Shown: piece after piece, positions 29,654 to 39,337 of the stretch
Layout: every line of letters starts with the position of its first letter
Position numbering within the stretch: position 1 is the stretch's first letter
DNA from: an uncultured virus (IMG/VR IMGVR_UViG_3300025305_000009)
Taxonomy: Duplodnaviria; Heunggongvirae; Uroviricota; Caudoviricetes
Virus record (IMG/VR): IMGVR_UViG_3300025305_000009
Strand: one strand, 5' to 3'
Length of the DNA: 64,000 nucleotides
The notes under the pieces: model-generated
What the model saw: only the letters and a program-made list of their open reading frames with translations
What the model was told of the DNA's origin: nothing
The model's database searches: none
Made by a program: the position numbers and the translations under genes

Positions 29654-30489
29654 TATATTTTAACTCCCATTAAATGTGAGTATTTCTCTAGTTCTTCTTT
29701 TGTTAAATCGTGAACCTTTCCAATATAATCGTTGTCGTGATATTCTCCACATCCAGGGCATGGTGTTCTTGTACACCAAGATGGGGGACAATATAACCCA
29801 CAACTTGAATCGCTACAGGTTTGTTTTTCTTTTATAGAATGCCATTCTGGAATTTCCTGTTCCCACCAACCTTCTCCCCGCAATCGTGGAATAGGAAATG
29901 GATGTTTTTCTTCTCCTCCAAATCCGTTTGGAAACCAATCATCGTGTACGAATGCTTTTGATTTTATTAAAGGATATATTTCATATTGTAAAAATATTTG
30001 GTCTACACCATGTTTATTAAATTCCTTCCTTTTTAGCATGTCAGAATCTTTTATTATATATTTTAGACGAGGCACTCCCCCTCTTTTAGTTCCCCACAGT
30101 CCACCACAGATTACCCAACCATGTTGACAGTTATCTCTCATAATGTGAACATCTTTATCACTAGCAATCCATTCTTCTACTGCTGCCTTGTCTCTAATAT
30201 GCAACGGAGAATCAGTATCTCTAAAAATTGATACATCTACAGTTGGATCTGAAGTGGGATAAAATCTCCAAAACATTCCGTTCCATGATTCGTCTTCATC
30301 CATAAAAACAATTTCAACATTATCCCTTGAATTCAATTCTTCTATTATACCAGACGGAACCGTGGGCGCAACATAATAACGACAAATCCAGTCTGGCCAT
30401 TCTTTTTTTGCTATATCGGCATTTAATACTGCACCAATAACATAAGTTGGATTATCGCCCCATAAACTAAAACTAATCACTTTTTTCAT
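29653..30489 (-). CDS. Uncharacterised GT-A-like protein (paralogue 1, with Cys-rich insert)
   Basis: ISFSLWG, MFWRF, FRDTDS (DxD), HIMRD, GGLWG, DQIFL; C-terminal segment with six Cys. Confidence 0.6.
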   Translation of the reverse strand: MKKVISFSLWGDNPTYVIGAVLNADIAKKEWPDWICRYYVAPTVPSGIIEELNSRDNVEIVFMDEDESWNGMFWRFYPTSDPTVDVSIFRDTDSPLHIRDKAAVEEWIASDKDVHIMRDNCQHGWVICGGLWGTKRGGVPRLKYIIKDSDMLKRKEFNKHGVDQIFLQYEIYPLIKSKAFVHDDWFPNGFGGEEKHPFPIPRLRGEGWWEQEIPEWHSIKEKQTCSDSSCGLYCPPSWCTRTPCPGCGEYHDNDYIGKVHDLTKEELEKYSHLMGVKI

Positions 30490-31369
30490 TTGATTCCTTA
30501 TCATGTTTTGGATAATCCATATAAATGCATTCATCTCTTTGTCTTAAATATTCTGCTGATTCTTCATTTGGTGTGTCATCCTCAAAATAAATTTGACCTA
30601 TAAAATCATTCCAATCCAACCTCATTGTTGGAAACCCAGTATTTTGTTCTTTGGTGCCTGGAACTATTTGTTCTTGAAACCTCCCAGACCATCCATTATA
30701 CTGTGGAAAACTATCATGTATCCATGTATCATTTTTATATGATGTTCTATACACAACATTCCTTAAAAACTTCTGATCTATTCCATGATTATTATATAAC
30801 GTCAACGGAATACAATCAAAACCTCCTTCTGATGTTTTTACTTTTTCTGCCATCAACCAATGTGCAATTACTTCTTTTATATGTTTTGGTTTTTCTAAAC
30901 CTTGAGGTTCATATATTATCCTATAAATTATACTACAAAGTTCTTTTGTTCTACATCCCCACATTCCTCCCATAATTGGTTCACCATGCATGGGATGATC
31001 ACGCATAATATGAACTGCCTTTCCGCTTTGCAACCATTCGTTTACTGCATGGGCATCTCTGTTGGTCAAACGACAATCAACATCTCTTGAAATCATAACA
31101 CCAACTTCGGGATCTGTCATGGCATAAAACCTCCAAAACATCCCATCCCACCCCTCATCTTCTTCCATCATTATAACTTCTGTATTATCATATGTCTTCA
31201 ATTGTTCAATAGTGCTATTTGGTGTAGAAGGTCCAATGTAATATCTACAGACCCAACCTTGAAAATGTATCTGTGCTGCTTCAGCATTTCGGATTGCACC
31301 AACATTGTAAAAAGGACTATCTCCCCACAGACTAAAACTAATTATATTTTTTGAAAAATTATTTTTCAT
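30473..31369 (-). CDS. Uncharacterised GT-A-like protein (paralogue 2)
   Basis: ISFSLWG, MFWRF, SRDVDCR, HIMRDHPMH, GGMWG, DQKFL. Confidence 0.6.
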   Translation of the reverse strand: MKNNFSKNIISFSLWGDSPFYNVGAIRNAEAAQIHFQGWVCRYYIGPSTPNSTIEQLKTYDNTEVIMMEEDEGWDGMFWRFYAMTDPEVGVMISRDVDCRLTNRDAHAVNEWLQSGKAVHIMRDHPMHGEPIMGGMWGCRTKELCSIIYRIIYEPQGLEKPKHIKEVIAHWLMAEKVKTSEGGFDCIPLTLYNNHGIDQKFLRNVVYRTSYKNDTWIHDSFPQYNGWSGRFQEQIVPGTKEQNTGFPTMRLDWNDFIGQIYFEDDTPNEESAEYLRQRDECIYMDYPKHDKESNEKSD

Positions 31370-32901
31370 GTGTGTGTCTTTGATCCTTCCTGACTCCAAA
31401 AATAATGATACATTATTTTATCATCAATTACAACTTCATTCTTCAATAGTCCCGAATCTAATAACCGATCACAATAATCACTGTCTTCTCCAAAATCTTG
31501 TTCGGGGAATCGTATCTGTTTTGCATATTCTGTTCTTACAGGATTCAAATGATTTACTGGTCTGTGTTGAATGCCAAATCCATCTTTATAATGACCACCA
31601 TACTTGTTTGCATGTTTGAATATCATTGTTTGGTTTTCATCCACATAGTACATTCCGGCAAAACCGATACAATCTAAATCCTCATTTTCCTCTATTGTCT
31701 TTATGATCAAATCACAATATTCCTCATCTACAAGATCGTCATCATCGATAAAGCAAACATATTCACCAGTTGCTCTATCTAAAATTTCATTTCTTTTTTG
31801 ACCGACAGATTTGTCGCCATTATCACTGTTAACAATAATCTCAATTTTAGATTTGTTCTCCTTTGACATATGCATACTCAAAAACGAAAGAAGTCTATTA
31901 AGAAGGGCTTTTCTTTCTTCATCTTCGAGAGTAAGAATTCCAATTGACAATAATTTTTTAGATTTATTTTTATTTTCAATTGCAACATCTATTTGTTCTT
32001 TAATTCTTTCTGCATAACTTCGTGCATATTCTGTTGCTCTCTTGTAATTTTCTTCAATATAAGGAAGCATAGTATCATATGTTTCAGGAGTTGTTTTATT
32101 TACCTTCTTAATAAGTTCCTGAACATCGTCACTCTCAATTATAATCATTCCTCTTGTATCAAAATAATCACTAATATTCTTGCAACCAAAATAAACTGGA
32201 ACTGTTTTTGTTACCAAACAATCTATTAATTTTTCCGTAAAATAATCATCAACTGTACAATTTTCAATTGCAACACTAAATTGACTATTAAAAAGACTTT
32301 TCTTGTCGTCATTGGGTAGCATATCAATTTCATTGTCCGGTATGGGCATTCTGTTGCTACCATAAAATTTCAATGGAATTTTCAACCAATCTTTGTGTAT
32401 CCATAAATGTTTTCTTAATTCATAACCATCCAAAGATCTATAGTGACTAGTACAGACAAAACTAAGTTCAAACTTCTTGTTGTCCCAAAGATCTTTCACA
32501 TAATTTTCATCAAAAAAACCAAGTCCGTCTGGATGATCGATATGTCCCTTGTTTAACCAAGTTGAACCGTATGGAAACATAACTGCATTTGAACATTGCC
32601 TGACAATCGATTTGTCTGAGGTGAGAATGAGATCATATTGCTTATGATTAACAATTACAGCATCAATGTTTTCTCTATTTGGAGAATGATATGCCTCATT
32701 GGAATTCACATAAACTCTAAATGACGAAGGTTCTTCAAAATGAATTTGGTAGTGGGGATAATTAGGAACTGTTTCTGTAGAAATTCTTTGCATATTTGGA
32801 CCAAAACGACAAACATGAATTTCAACAGGTTCATCAAAATCCAAAACTCCATTCTCAAAAAGATAATGTGCATGTAAACATGTTGCGGGTATTTTATTCA
32901 T
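31366..32901 (-). CDS. Bifunctional GT10 (fucosyltransferase-like) + GT2 glycosyltransferase
   Basis: FSVAIENCTVDDYFTEKL...VPVYFG (GT10 motif); C-terminal GQKRN...CFIDDDD...GED (GT2). Confidence 0.85.
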   Translation of the reverse strand: MNKIPATCLHAHYLFENGVLDFDEPVEIHVCRFGPNMQRISTETVPNYPHYQIHFEEPSSFRVYVNSNEAYHSPNRENIDAVIVNHKQYDLILTSDKSIVRQCSNAVMFPYGSTWLNKGHIDHPDGLGFFDENYVKDLWDNKKFELSFVCTSHYRSLDGYELRKHLWIHKDWLKIPLKFYGSNRMPIPDNEIDMLPNDDKKSLFNSQFSVAIENCTVDDYFTEKLIDCLVTKTVPVYFGCKNISDYFDTRGMIIIESDDVQELIKKVNKTTPETYDTMLPYIEENYKRATEYARSYAERIKEQIDVAIENKNKSKKLLSIGILTLEDEERKALLNRLLSFLSMHMSKENKSKIEIIVNSDNGDKSVGQKRNEILDRATGEYVCFIDDDDLVDEEYCDLIIKTIEENEDLDCIGFAGMYYVDENQTMIFKHANKYGGHYKDGFGIQHRPVNHLNPVRTEYAKQIRFPEQDFGEDSDYCDRLLDSGLLKNEVVIDDKIMYHYFWSQEGSKTHT

Positions 32902-33647
32902 ATTGTAACTTCCTCTTGATTATACCAAAGATTCGCTTCCTTCAATCTATTTATCTTATTTTCTTCACCTATGGTAAAGTTAACATGTACAACTGCTTCG
33001 TTTCCTGTTCTGCTGTGTGGTTCATTCCAATACAAATGACCATTTTTAACGAAAGTTGTAGGATACGTTGCCCATTTAATGTTATTCTCAAGAACGTTGT
33101 TCTTCAAAATTTCATATGTAATTTCTTGGTCATACATACATTCGCTCCCCATTTTACCATATTGATAACTCATTTCAAAAAACTTTTTAAACAATTCACG
33201 AACATTTTTTTTATTTTTTAAATACATAAATCCACTGCATATTTCCATAAAGGGGGAATCGCTCGCAAAATAGATATCAACTTCTGTATCTTTTTCTTTT
33301 ATGTTTTCATCAACATCCACAATAAATTCTGTTGGGTCATCTAAAAAAACAACATCACAATCAGTATATACCAAAGAATCAGATTCTTGTAATTCACTCA
33401 ACACTATTTGTATTTTTGCTTCTGTTATTCTTCTAAATTGGTTTCTTCCATATTCATGAAAACCTTTATCCAAACCAAGATCAAAAAACTTCACTTCACA
33501 CTTGTAATTATTTTTTATGGTGTTGTATGATTCTTCATCCAAACAATGAACAACAATATCTTTTTCGATTCCAACATTTCTTGTACTTAGTAAAAAGTTT
33601 TCACAAAGTCTAACAGAACCGTTATTTGTGAATGTGATGTACTTCAT
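32898..33647 (-). CDS. Nucleotide-diphospho-sugar transferase (GT77-like)
   Basis: YTDCDVVF, ICSGFMY, DQE, VHVNF...KI.RLK..LW. Confidence 0.78.
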   Translation of the reverse strand: MKYITFTNNGSVRLCENFLLSTRNVGIEKDIVVHCLDEESYNTIKNNYKCEVKFFDLGLDKGFHEYGRNQFRRITEAKIQIVLSELQESDSLVYTDCDVVFLDDPTEFIVDVDENIKEKDTEVDIYFASDSPFMEICSGFMYLKNKKNVRELFKKFFEMSYQYGKMGSECMYDQEITYEILKNNVLENNIKWATYPTTFVKNGHLYWNEPHSRTGNEAVVHVNFTIGEENKINRLKEANLWYNQEEVTI

Positions 33648-34705
33648 AATATAACCTCTTCTGTTTTCTTTTTGTTGCGACTAGTAACATCTAACTGTGA
33701 TATCTTTCTATAGAGCATATCATCTGGAGATTCTAGAAAGGTAACCTTGTGATAATTTGTTCTCATGTTAGGAATTCTCACTAAATATTCTGTATGTCCC
33801 CTCGGGTGGACTTCATAACTTTGATTAGAACTTTTTATATTTCTAGGGGGGCCCGTTACTTTTTCATTAAGTTTGTACAACAATTTTATGATTTCATCAA
33901 CGCTATTGACTATGAACATACCACTCGTATCAAAATAATCACCAATATCGGGTGCGCCCATATAGATGGGAATTGTTCCTGTAACAAAACAATCTGTCAG
34001 TTTTTCTGTAAAATAGGAAGAACATATATCATTTTCTATAACAATTGAATATGCAAACCTTTCTAATCCTTTAAATTTGTTGTGCCATTTATCACTTCCC
34101 CCTTTAAGATGACAATTTTCTTCTTTTCCAAAAAGTTTACCTGTGATTGAACCAAAAACAAAAACTGCTGGATGTTTGGGGTACACGCCCCTCTCGACCG
34201 GATCACCAAATTCCTTTATCTTGTTATATAAATCGTGTCTCATTTGATGACCTTTAGTTGAATTCTTATTGGAAGATATAAAAGAAATACTTTGCTCCTT
34301 GTGGTGCATATCCCAATTTTCTTTCCACACCCAAGGTAAAGTGCTACCAGCAAAACAAAACTGAATTTTATCATGAAGTTCTACTAACTCCTTGTCACAT
34401 GTAAAAATTACATCATATGCATCTATCATTTTTTGCAATGTTGGAGTTATACCATCAACCTTCAAATTTCCTTCTTCGTCCGTAGTGTATGATTTTAAAA
34501 AGGATGGAACGATACGGCGCGACTCACAGAGCCATGCACACTTCTTTGCTCTTCTTCTCTCTGTTTCTGCTCCGACTTCAATAGCACTATCAATCCACAA
34601 TTCAACATCACCCTGAACATCTTCCCAAGAAAACATATTGGGTTTCATGTTGGAGCATGAAGACTGATGGGGTGAAAAAGGCATACCATAAATTTCCCAC
34701 TTCAT
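33644..34705 (-). CDS. GT10 fucosyltransferase-like protein
   Basis: YSIVIENDICSSYFTEKLTDCFVTGTIPIYMG; FISSNK...R. Confidence 0.82.
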   Translation of the reverse strand: MKWEIYGMPFSPHQSSCSNMKPNMFSWEDVQGDVELWIDSAIEVGAETERRRAKKCAWLCESRRIVPSFLKSYTTDEEGNLKVDGITPTLQKMIDAYDVIFTCDKELVELHDKIQFCFAGSTLPWVWKENWDMHHKEQSISFISSNKNSTKGHQMRHDLYNKIKEFGDPVERGVYPKHPAVFVFGSITGKLFGKEENCHLKGGSDKWHNKFKGLERFAYSIVIENDICSSYFTEKLTDCFVTGTIPIYMGAPDIGDYFDTSGMFIVNSVDEIIKLLYKLNEKVTGPPRNIKSSNQSYEVHPRGHTEYLVRIPNMRTNYHKVTFLESPDDMLYRKISQLDVTSRNKKKTEEVIL

Positions 34706-35340
34706 GCTTTGTTCCCCATTGACTGCCACTCAATCATATCTTCAGACATACCAAGTCTTCTCAAAGATTCTTTCTTTGACTCCACATCTGCGAGTCCCAT
34801 TGTAATATAAGTGTTTTCGTTTGTGTGCCCTGGCCATATGCAATACTCGGGCCCAACAAATTTTATTTTCATGCTCTTAGCAAATGCAGGAATTAAAGCA
34901 AACAAAGGTTCGTGATCAAACACTCCTTTATTGTTTTCAAGAATATCATTTCCTGTGTGTATCCAAGTTTCAATAAATCTTTTTGCTTCTGACGTATTTC
35001 CAAAGTACAAAGGAGAAGCCTTCATTCCTGAAATTTGGCCGTTTGCAGTAGCAAACACCATATCAACTAATTCATCAAATGTATCAAACACATCTAGAGT
35101 CTTATGAATTCTGCTATCTATGTCCATCCACACTAAAGGTTCATTATACTCTTCTAATCTTTCTAATATATAAGCAGGTTTACTGAGACAATTCGCTTGA
35201 TATGATCCTAACGACTTCTTTTCACGGATGTCATAAGGAACGCTCAACGACTCGCATTCTTGCTTCAGTCGTTTTGCATGATCGCTATAGTAGGTCGTGC
35301 CTTCTATGTCGCTATAAAAACTAATTATTTTTATTTTCAT
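34702..35340 (-). CDS. GT-A-like glycosyltransferase
   Basis: KPAYIL...VWMDIDS DxD motif, FDHE; island context. Confidence 0.6.
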   Translation of the reverse strand: MKIKIISFYSDIEGTTYYSDHAKRLKQECESLSVPYDIREKKSLGSYQANCLSKPAYILERLEEYNEPLVWMDIDSRIHKTLDVFDTFDELVDMVFATANGQISGMKASPLYFGNTSEAKRFIETWIHTGNDILENNKGVFDHEPLFALIPAFAKSMKIKFVGPEYCIWPGHTNENTYITMGLADVESKKESLRRLGMSEDMIEWQSMGNKA

Positions 35341-35357
35341 AATAAAAAATCCACACG

Positions 35358-35762
35358 TTATCTATTACCAATATGATACTTTGGTATCAACTCCCAATCA
35401 CCTTTATCCTTATAAGATAAAATTTTTATCTGCTTGATACTTGCTCTGGGTTCATCTTCTTCTATAGGGTCAATTATATCCAACAACCCCCACTCTTCCA
35501 GAAGAACCGCAATTGTATTTCTTCTGCCTACATCATTTTCAGACATATTAGACTCCAATCCATCCAATTCAAATAATTCTTTAAAGTGCATGATTGAATA
35601 CCTCCCCCTCTTATGGAGGATGTGACATGACTGGTATAATTTGTTTTCTTTTCTAGAAGAAACGCCTATTCGGGTAAGTGTTTCTTTCACCTTAAGAAAA
35701 TCTTCTTGTGTGTCAAGGGTTATCTCTATACCTAAACCCTCAAAAATATCATCTTGTTCCAT
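35358..35762 (-). CDS. regA: Translational repressor RegA
   Basis: DFLKVKETLTRIG, LYQSCHILHK.GRY, HFKELF, WELIPKY. Confidence 0.96.
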   Translation of the reverse strand: MEQDDIFEGLGIEITLDTQEDFLKVKETLTRIGVSSRKENKLYQSCHILHKRGRYSIMHFKELFELDGLESNMSENDVGRRNTIAVLLEEWGLLDIIDPIEEDEPRASIKQIKILSYKDKGDWELIPKYHIGNR

Positions 35763-35798
35763 AACGATTATTCCTTTTTAGACACATTATATAGGAAT

Positions 35799-36182
35799 TC
35801 ACTTCTTTATGCCACCACCAGACAGGTATTCCTTCATTTCAGCAATATCGTCTGATGTAAACATGTCAATTACTTCTTTAGTCTTTGAATTTGAATATCC
35901 ATAATATTTCTTCACTATGTTGAAATTATCATCCATTTCATTCTTCAACCATTTGCTGTACCTTTTCCGTTTTCGTATTACATTCAGATAATAATCAAAT
36001 TGTATACTCTTATCGAGAAGAGGAAACTGGTTCATTTGATTTGCATGAATGACTGTATCAATGAAATATGATAAACATCTATTTACCACATATGGAACAT
36101 AATCCTTTTCTGCCTGTTCATCGCCAGACATAAGAGATTCTTTGCTGTAATTGATCGCAGTTAGATAATCAGTTAGTTTCAC
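35799..36182 (-). CDS. gp62: Clamp loader small subunit gp62
   Basis: YLTAINYSK, YVPYVVNRCLS, ANQMN, RKRKRYSKW, YYGYS; GTG start at 36182. Confidence 0.92.
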   Translation of the reverse strand: MKLTDYLTAINYSKESLMSGDEQAEKDYVPYVVNRCLSYFIDTVIHANQMNQFPLLDKSIQFDYYLNVIRKRKRYSKWLKNEMDDNFNIVKKYYGYSNSKTKEVIDMFTSDDIAEMKEYLSGGGIKK

Positions 36183-36474
36183 TGTTCGCCACAGCAATTA
36201 CATGCTCTCTTCGTATAATGTCATACTCTTTGTGTATACCGATGCGAGATCTCGCATCGTATAGAATAACATCTCCCTCTTTGTAAGACACTTCTGGTAT
36301 ATCTCCATTAGAGATAGGAAGACCACACCCCATTGATATTATCCGCGCTTCACAAAAAGAACCATCCAACGAATCCTTCATTTTATAAATGATTCCACCT
36401 TCTGATACTTTTTCCTCTTCATAATCAATCTTCTCAAGGATTAAGTGGTCGCCTTCTGCTACTAATTTTTTCAT
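36169..36474 (-). CDS. GroES/Cpn10-like co-chaperonin
   Basis: GDHLIL...EEKVSEGGII mobile loop, IISMGCG, KEGDVILY, IIRREHVIAV. Confidence 0.75.
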   Translation of the reverse strand: MKKLVAEGDHLILEKIDYEEEKVSEGGIIYKMKDSLDGSFCEARIISMGCGLPISNGDIPEVSYKEGDVILYDARSRIGIHKEYDIIRREHVIAVANSETN

Positions 36475-37424
36475 TTGAATTCACATCCCATCATTAATTC
36501 TACTATACACGCAACTAAGTTAATTTCCTGATCTGCTACAAACGCAGACTTGTATTGATATTCGGCTAAAATCAAAACTGCTTGTGGAATAGAAGATGGT
36601 GTGACATACTCATATAAACCATCATAAACTTTCCTAAACAATTCTGATGGAGAATTGTCCAAATTCTCCACTGCCCACTTTCTTGCATTGGTGAAGTCTT
36701 TGTTCTTCATATAACTCACCAAATCTTTAATATGTATCTCCCCAATCTGAGAGAGAATCCCCGTGTCTATGTTTCCACCAACCGAATATCTTTGCAATTC
36801 ATTTAACACTCGTCGGAAATCAGGAAAGTGCTTCATAATTAATTCTACAAGAACCTTTTCCTCATGTGGAACTCCCTCGTTATCAAGAATATACTTTACC
36901 CGATCCATAAATTGAGATGCCAACTTTGGCTTCTCTTTCTTTGGAACAGAAAAATTGATTGTTGTGCATCTTGAATGTAAAGGTTCAATGATACGATTTT
37001 TAAAATTACATGTGAGGATGAATCGGCAGTTATTGCTGAACTCCTCAATGAAACCACGCAATGCAGGTTGGGTTGACTGTGCATTTGAATAATCAAATTC
37101 GTCAAGTATGACAACCTTTTTATTGCCTGTAATAGAAATCGTACTGGCAAAATTACGAATCTTAGTTCGGAGTGTATCAATGTTCCCATCTTCCGAACAA
37201 TTAATCATAATATAATCTGTATCTAATTCGTTGCATAGTGCCTTCGCAATTGTAGTTTTACCACAACCCGCTCCTCCCGATAGCAGAAGATTTTGCAACT
37301 CACCAGAATCCACCATTTGCTTGAATGTCTTCTTGATTGATTTTGGAAGAATACATTCATCAATATTTTGTGGTCTATATTTTTCACACCACAAATATTC
37401 TTTTGTTTGCTTTTCTATGATCAT
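36471..37424 (-). CDS. gp44: Clamp loader large subunit gp44
   Basis: LWCEKYRP, GGAGCGKTT, ILDEFD, LHSRC, FPDFRR. Confidence 0.96.
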   Translation of the reverse strand: MIIEKQTKEYLWCEKYRPQNIDECILPKSIKKTFKQMVDSGELQNLLLSGGAGCGKTTIAKALCNELDTDYIMINCSEDGNIDTLRTKIRNFASTISITGNKKVVILDEFDYSNAQSTQPALRGFIEEFSNNCRFILTCNFKNRIIEPLHSRCTTINFSVPKKEKPKLASQFMDRVKYILDNEGVPHEEKVLVELIMKHFPDFRRVLNELQRYSVGGNIDTGILSQIGEIHIKDLVSYMKNKDFTNARKWAVENLDNSPSELFRKVYDGLYEYVTPSSIPQAVLILAEYQYKSAFVADQEINLVACIVELMMGCEFK

Positions 37425-37430
37425 TATTTC

Positions 37431-38438
37431 CTATCTTGTTTGATCGTAAGGAGTGTGTACATACTCCACTATCTTGTGATAATTCTTATCACTAATCAAC
37501 ATATCATCCATTAATTCTTCAAAATTATACTCTAGTTTCCATCCAAGTCTAGTCTTAATTTTAGAAGAATCCCCCTTTAGATCATGTAGTTCCTCTGGTC
37601 GCAAAAATCGTTCGTCTAGTGTAACATAATCCATATAATTCATCCCAAGTTTACCGAAAACATATTCGCAACAATCTCTGACAGTATGTGACACACCTGT
37701 AGCACACACATAATCATCGGGTTCATCTTGCTGTAATATCATCCACATAGCCTTCACATAATCTTTTGCGTGTCCCCAATCCCGACTTGCTTCTAAATTA
37801 CCTAATGCAAGTTCTGTTGCTTCTCCGGTTTTGATTGCAATTGCACCTTGAATGATTTTGCTTGTAACGAAATTAGAACCACGGCGGGGAGACTCATGAT
37901 TGAATAGAATGCCGTTACTAACATGCATATCATATGATTTTCGGTAATTCCTACCAATGTTAAATGCAAACACCTTTGCACACCCATAAGGACTCACCGG
38001 ACGCATTGGTGTGGTTTCTCTCTGATAACCATCATCATCAATACAATTACCAAACATTTCTGATGAAGATGCTTGGTATATTTTCACATCAGGACACACA
38101 ATCCGACATGCTTCAAGCATATTCAACACACCAACTGCAACTGTTTGTGCTGTATAAACCGGCACATCAAAACTGATCCGAACATGAGACTGTGCTGCAA
38201 GATTATACACTTCATCTGGTTGCACCTTTTGAAGAATGTGAACCAATGAAGACAAATCTGTCATATCACCATAGTACAAATTTAATTGGTCATAGCAACT
38301 ATCTAATCGAGCGGTCTGGTTCTCTGCTACTGAATTTCTCTTGAGAATACCATGAACTTCATATCCTTTCTCTAAAAGAAACTCTGCAAGATATGAACCG
38401 TCTTGTCCGTTGATGCCAGTAATCAATGCTTTCTTCAT
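37431..38438 (-). CDS. gmd: GDP-mannose 4,6-dehydratase
   Basis: ALITGINGQDGSYLA, NLAAQSHV, QASSSE, SPYGCAK, LFNHESPRRG, RDWGHA. Confidence 0.96.
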   Translation of the reverse strand: MKKALITGINGQDGSYLAEFLLEKGYEVHGILKRNSVAENQTARLDSCYDQLNLYYGDMTDLSSLVHILQKVQPDEVYNLAAQSHVRISFDVPVYTAQTVAVGVLNMLEACRIVCPDVKIYQASSSEMFGNCIDDDGYQRETTPMRPVSPYGCAKVFAFNIGRNYRKSYDMHVSNGILFNHESPRRGSNFVTSKIIQGAIAIKTGEATELALGNLEASRDWGHAKDYVKAMWMILQQDEPDDYVCATGVSHTVRDCCEYVFGKLGMNYMDYVTLDERFLRPEELHDLKGDSSKIKTRLGWKLEYNFEELMDDMLISDKNYHKIVEYVHTPYDQTR

Positions 38439-39334
38439 TTTCTTGCTTCCTTATAATTATCAACAAACCAATCAATACTTTTTTGTAATCCAACCTCAAT
38501 AGGAACAAATTTATAATCCGGAAGTAAAAATCTTAGTTTACTGTTATCCGATGGTTTTCGGAACTGACCGTCCATCTCACCATTATACACAATGTTTCCT
38601 TCAAACCCCATTCTCCATGCAATCTCTTGTGCAATAGTTGCAATACAAATTTCTTCATCTGGAGAAATAATTAATGGTTTAGAATCATCATAGTTTATCA
38701 AAACCCACTCAACGATATGTCCAACATCCTTTGAATAAATGAATTCACGATACGGGTTTCCTGTTCCCCAAATTTCAAAATTTGTATTATTCTGTTTTGC
38801 TAAATAACACTTATGGATGAGGGAGGGGATGACATGACCAGAATCTAAATTATAATTGTCATGTGGTCCATAGATGTTGCATGGTATTACGGTAACAAAA
38901 TTGCACCCATATTGATCGCGGTATGCCCTACTCTGTACCTCTAACATTCTTTTTGCATATGCATATGCATAATTAGAGGGATGAGGTTCCCCTTTATGAA
39001 TTTGATCTGGTGTCAATGGATATGTTGCGTATGTAGGAAAGACGCAGGTGGAAAGAAACGAAACAACTTTCTTCACACCTGCAATTCTTGCTGCTTCTAG
39101 AATATTAGTATTCATTACTATATTCTCATAATAAAACTCACCAAGATGTTCAGAGTTGGCTTTAATTCCACCAACCTTTGCAGCACAATGAATAATAAAA
39201 TCAATTGTATTTTCTGTAAGATAATTTACGATAGAATCCAGATTCATTAAATCTACATCATATCTTGTCGGTTTAAAATCTGATTTAATTGCAGACCCAA
39301 CCAACCCATTTCCACCAGTTATTAATGTATTCAT
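38435..39334 (-). CDS. fcl: GDP-L-fucose synthase (Fcl/ColC family epimerase-reductase)
   Basis: GGNGLVG, AAKVGGI, STCVFP, YAYAK, NIYGPHDN, GHVIP, WGTG...REF. Confidence 0.92.
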   Translation of the reverse strand: MNTLITGGNGLVGSAIKSDFKPTRYDVDLMNLDSIVNYLTENTIDFIIHCAAKVGGIKANSEHLGEFYYENIVMNTNILEAARIAGVKKVVSFLSTCVFPTYATYPLTPDQIHKGEPHPSNYAYAYAKRMLEVQSRAYRDQYGCNFVTVIPCNIYGPHDNYNLDSGHVIPSLIHKCYLAKQNNTNFEIWGTGNPYREFIYSKDVGHIVEWVLINYDDSKPLIISPDEEICIATIAQEIAWRMGFEGNIVYNGEMDGQFRKPSDNSKLRFLLPDYKFVPIEVGLQKSIDWFVDNYKEARK

Positions 39335-39337
39335 GTG

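Noticed and set aside
15318..35340. Island as a T4-style DNA glucosylation (hmC) system
   Set aside because: No dCMP hydroxymethylase or alpha/beta-glucosyltransferase recognised, and the GT families are glycan/protein type. Not excluded for genes outside the window.
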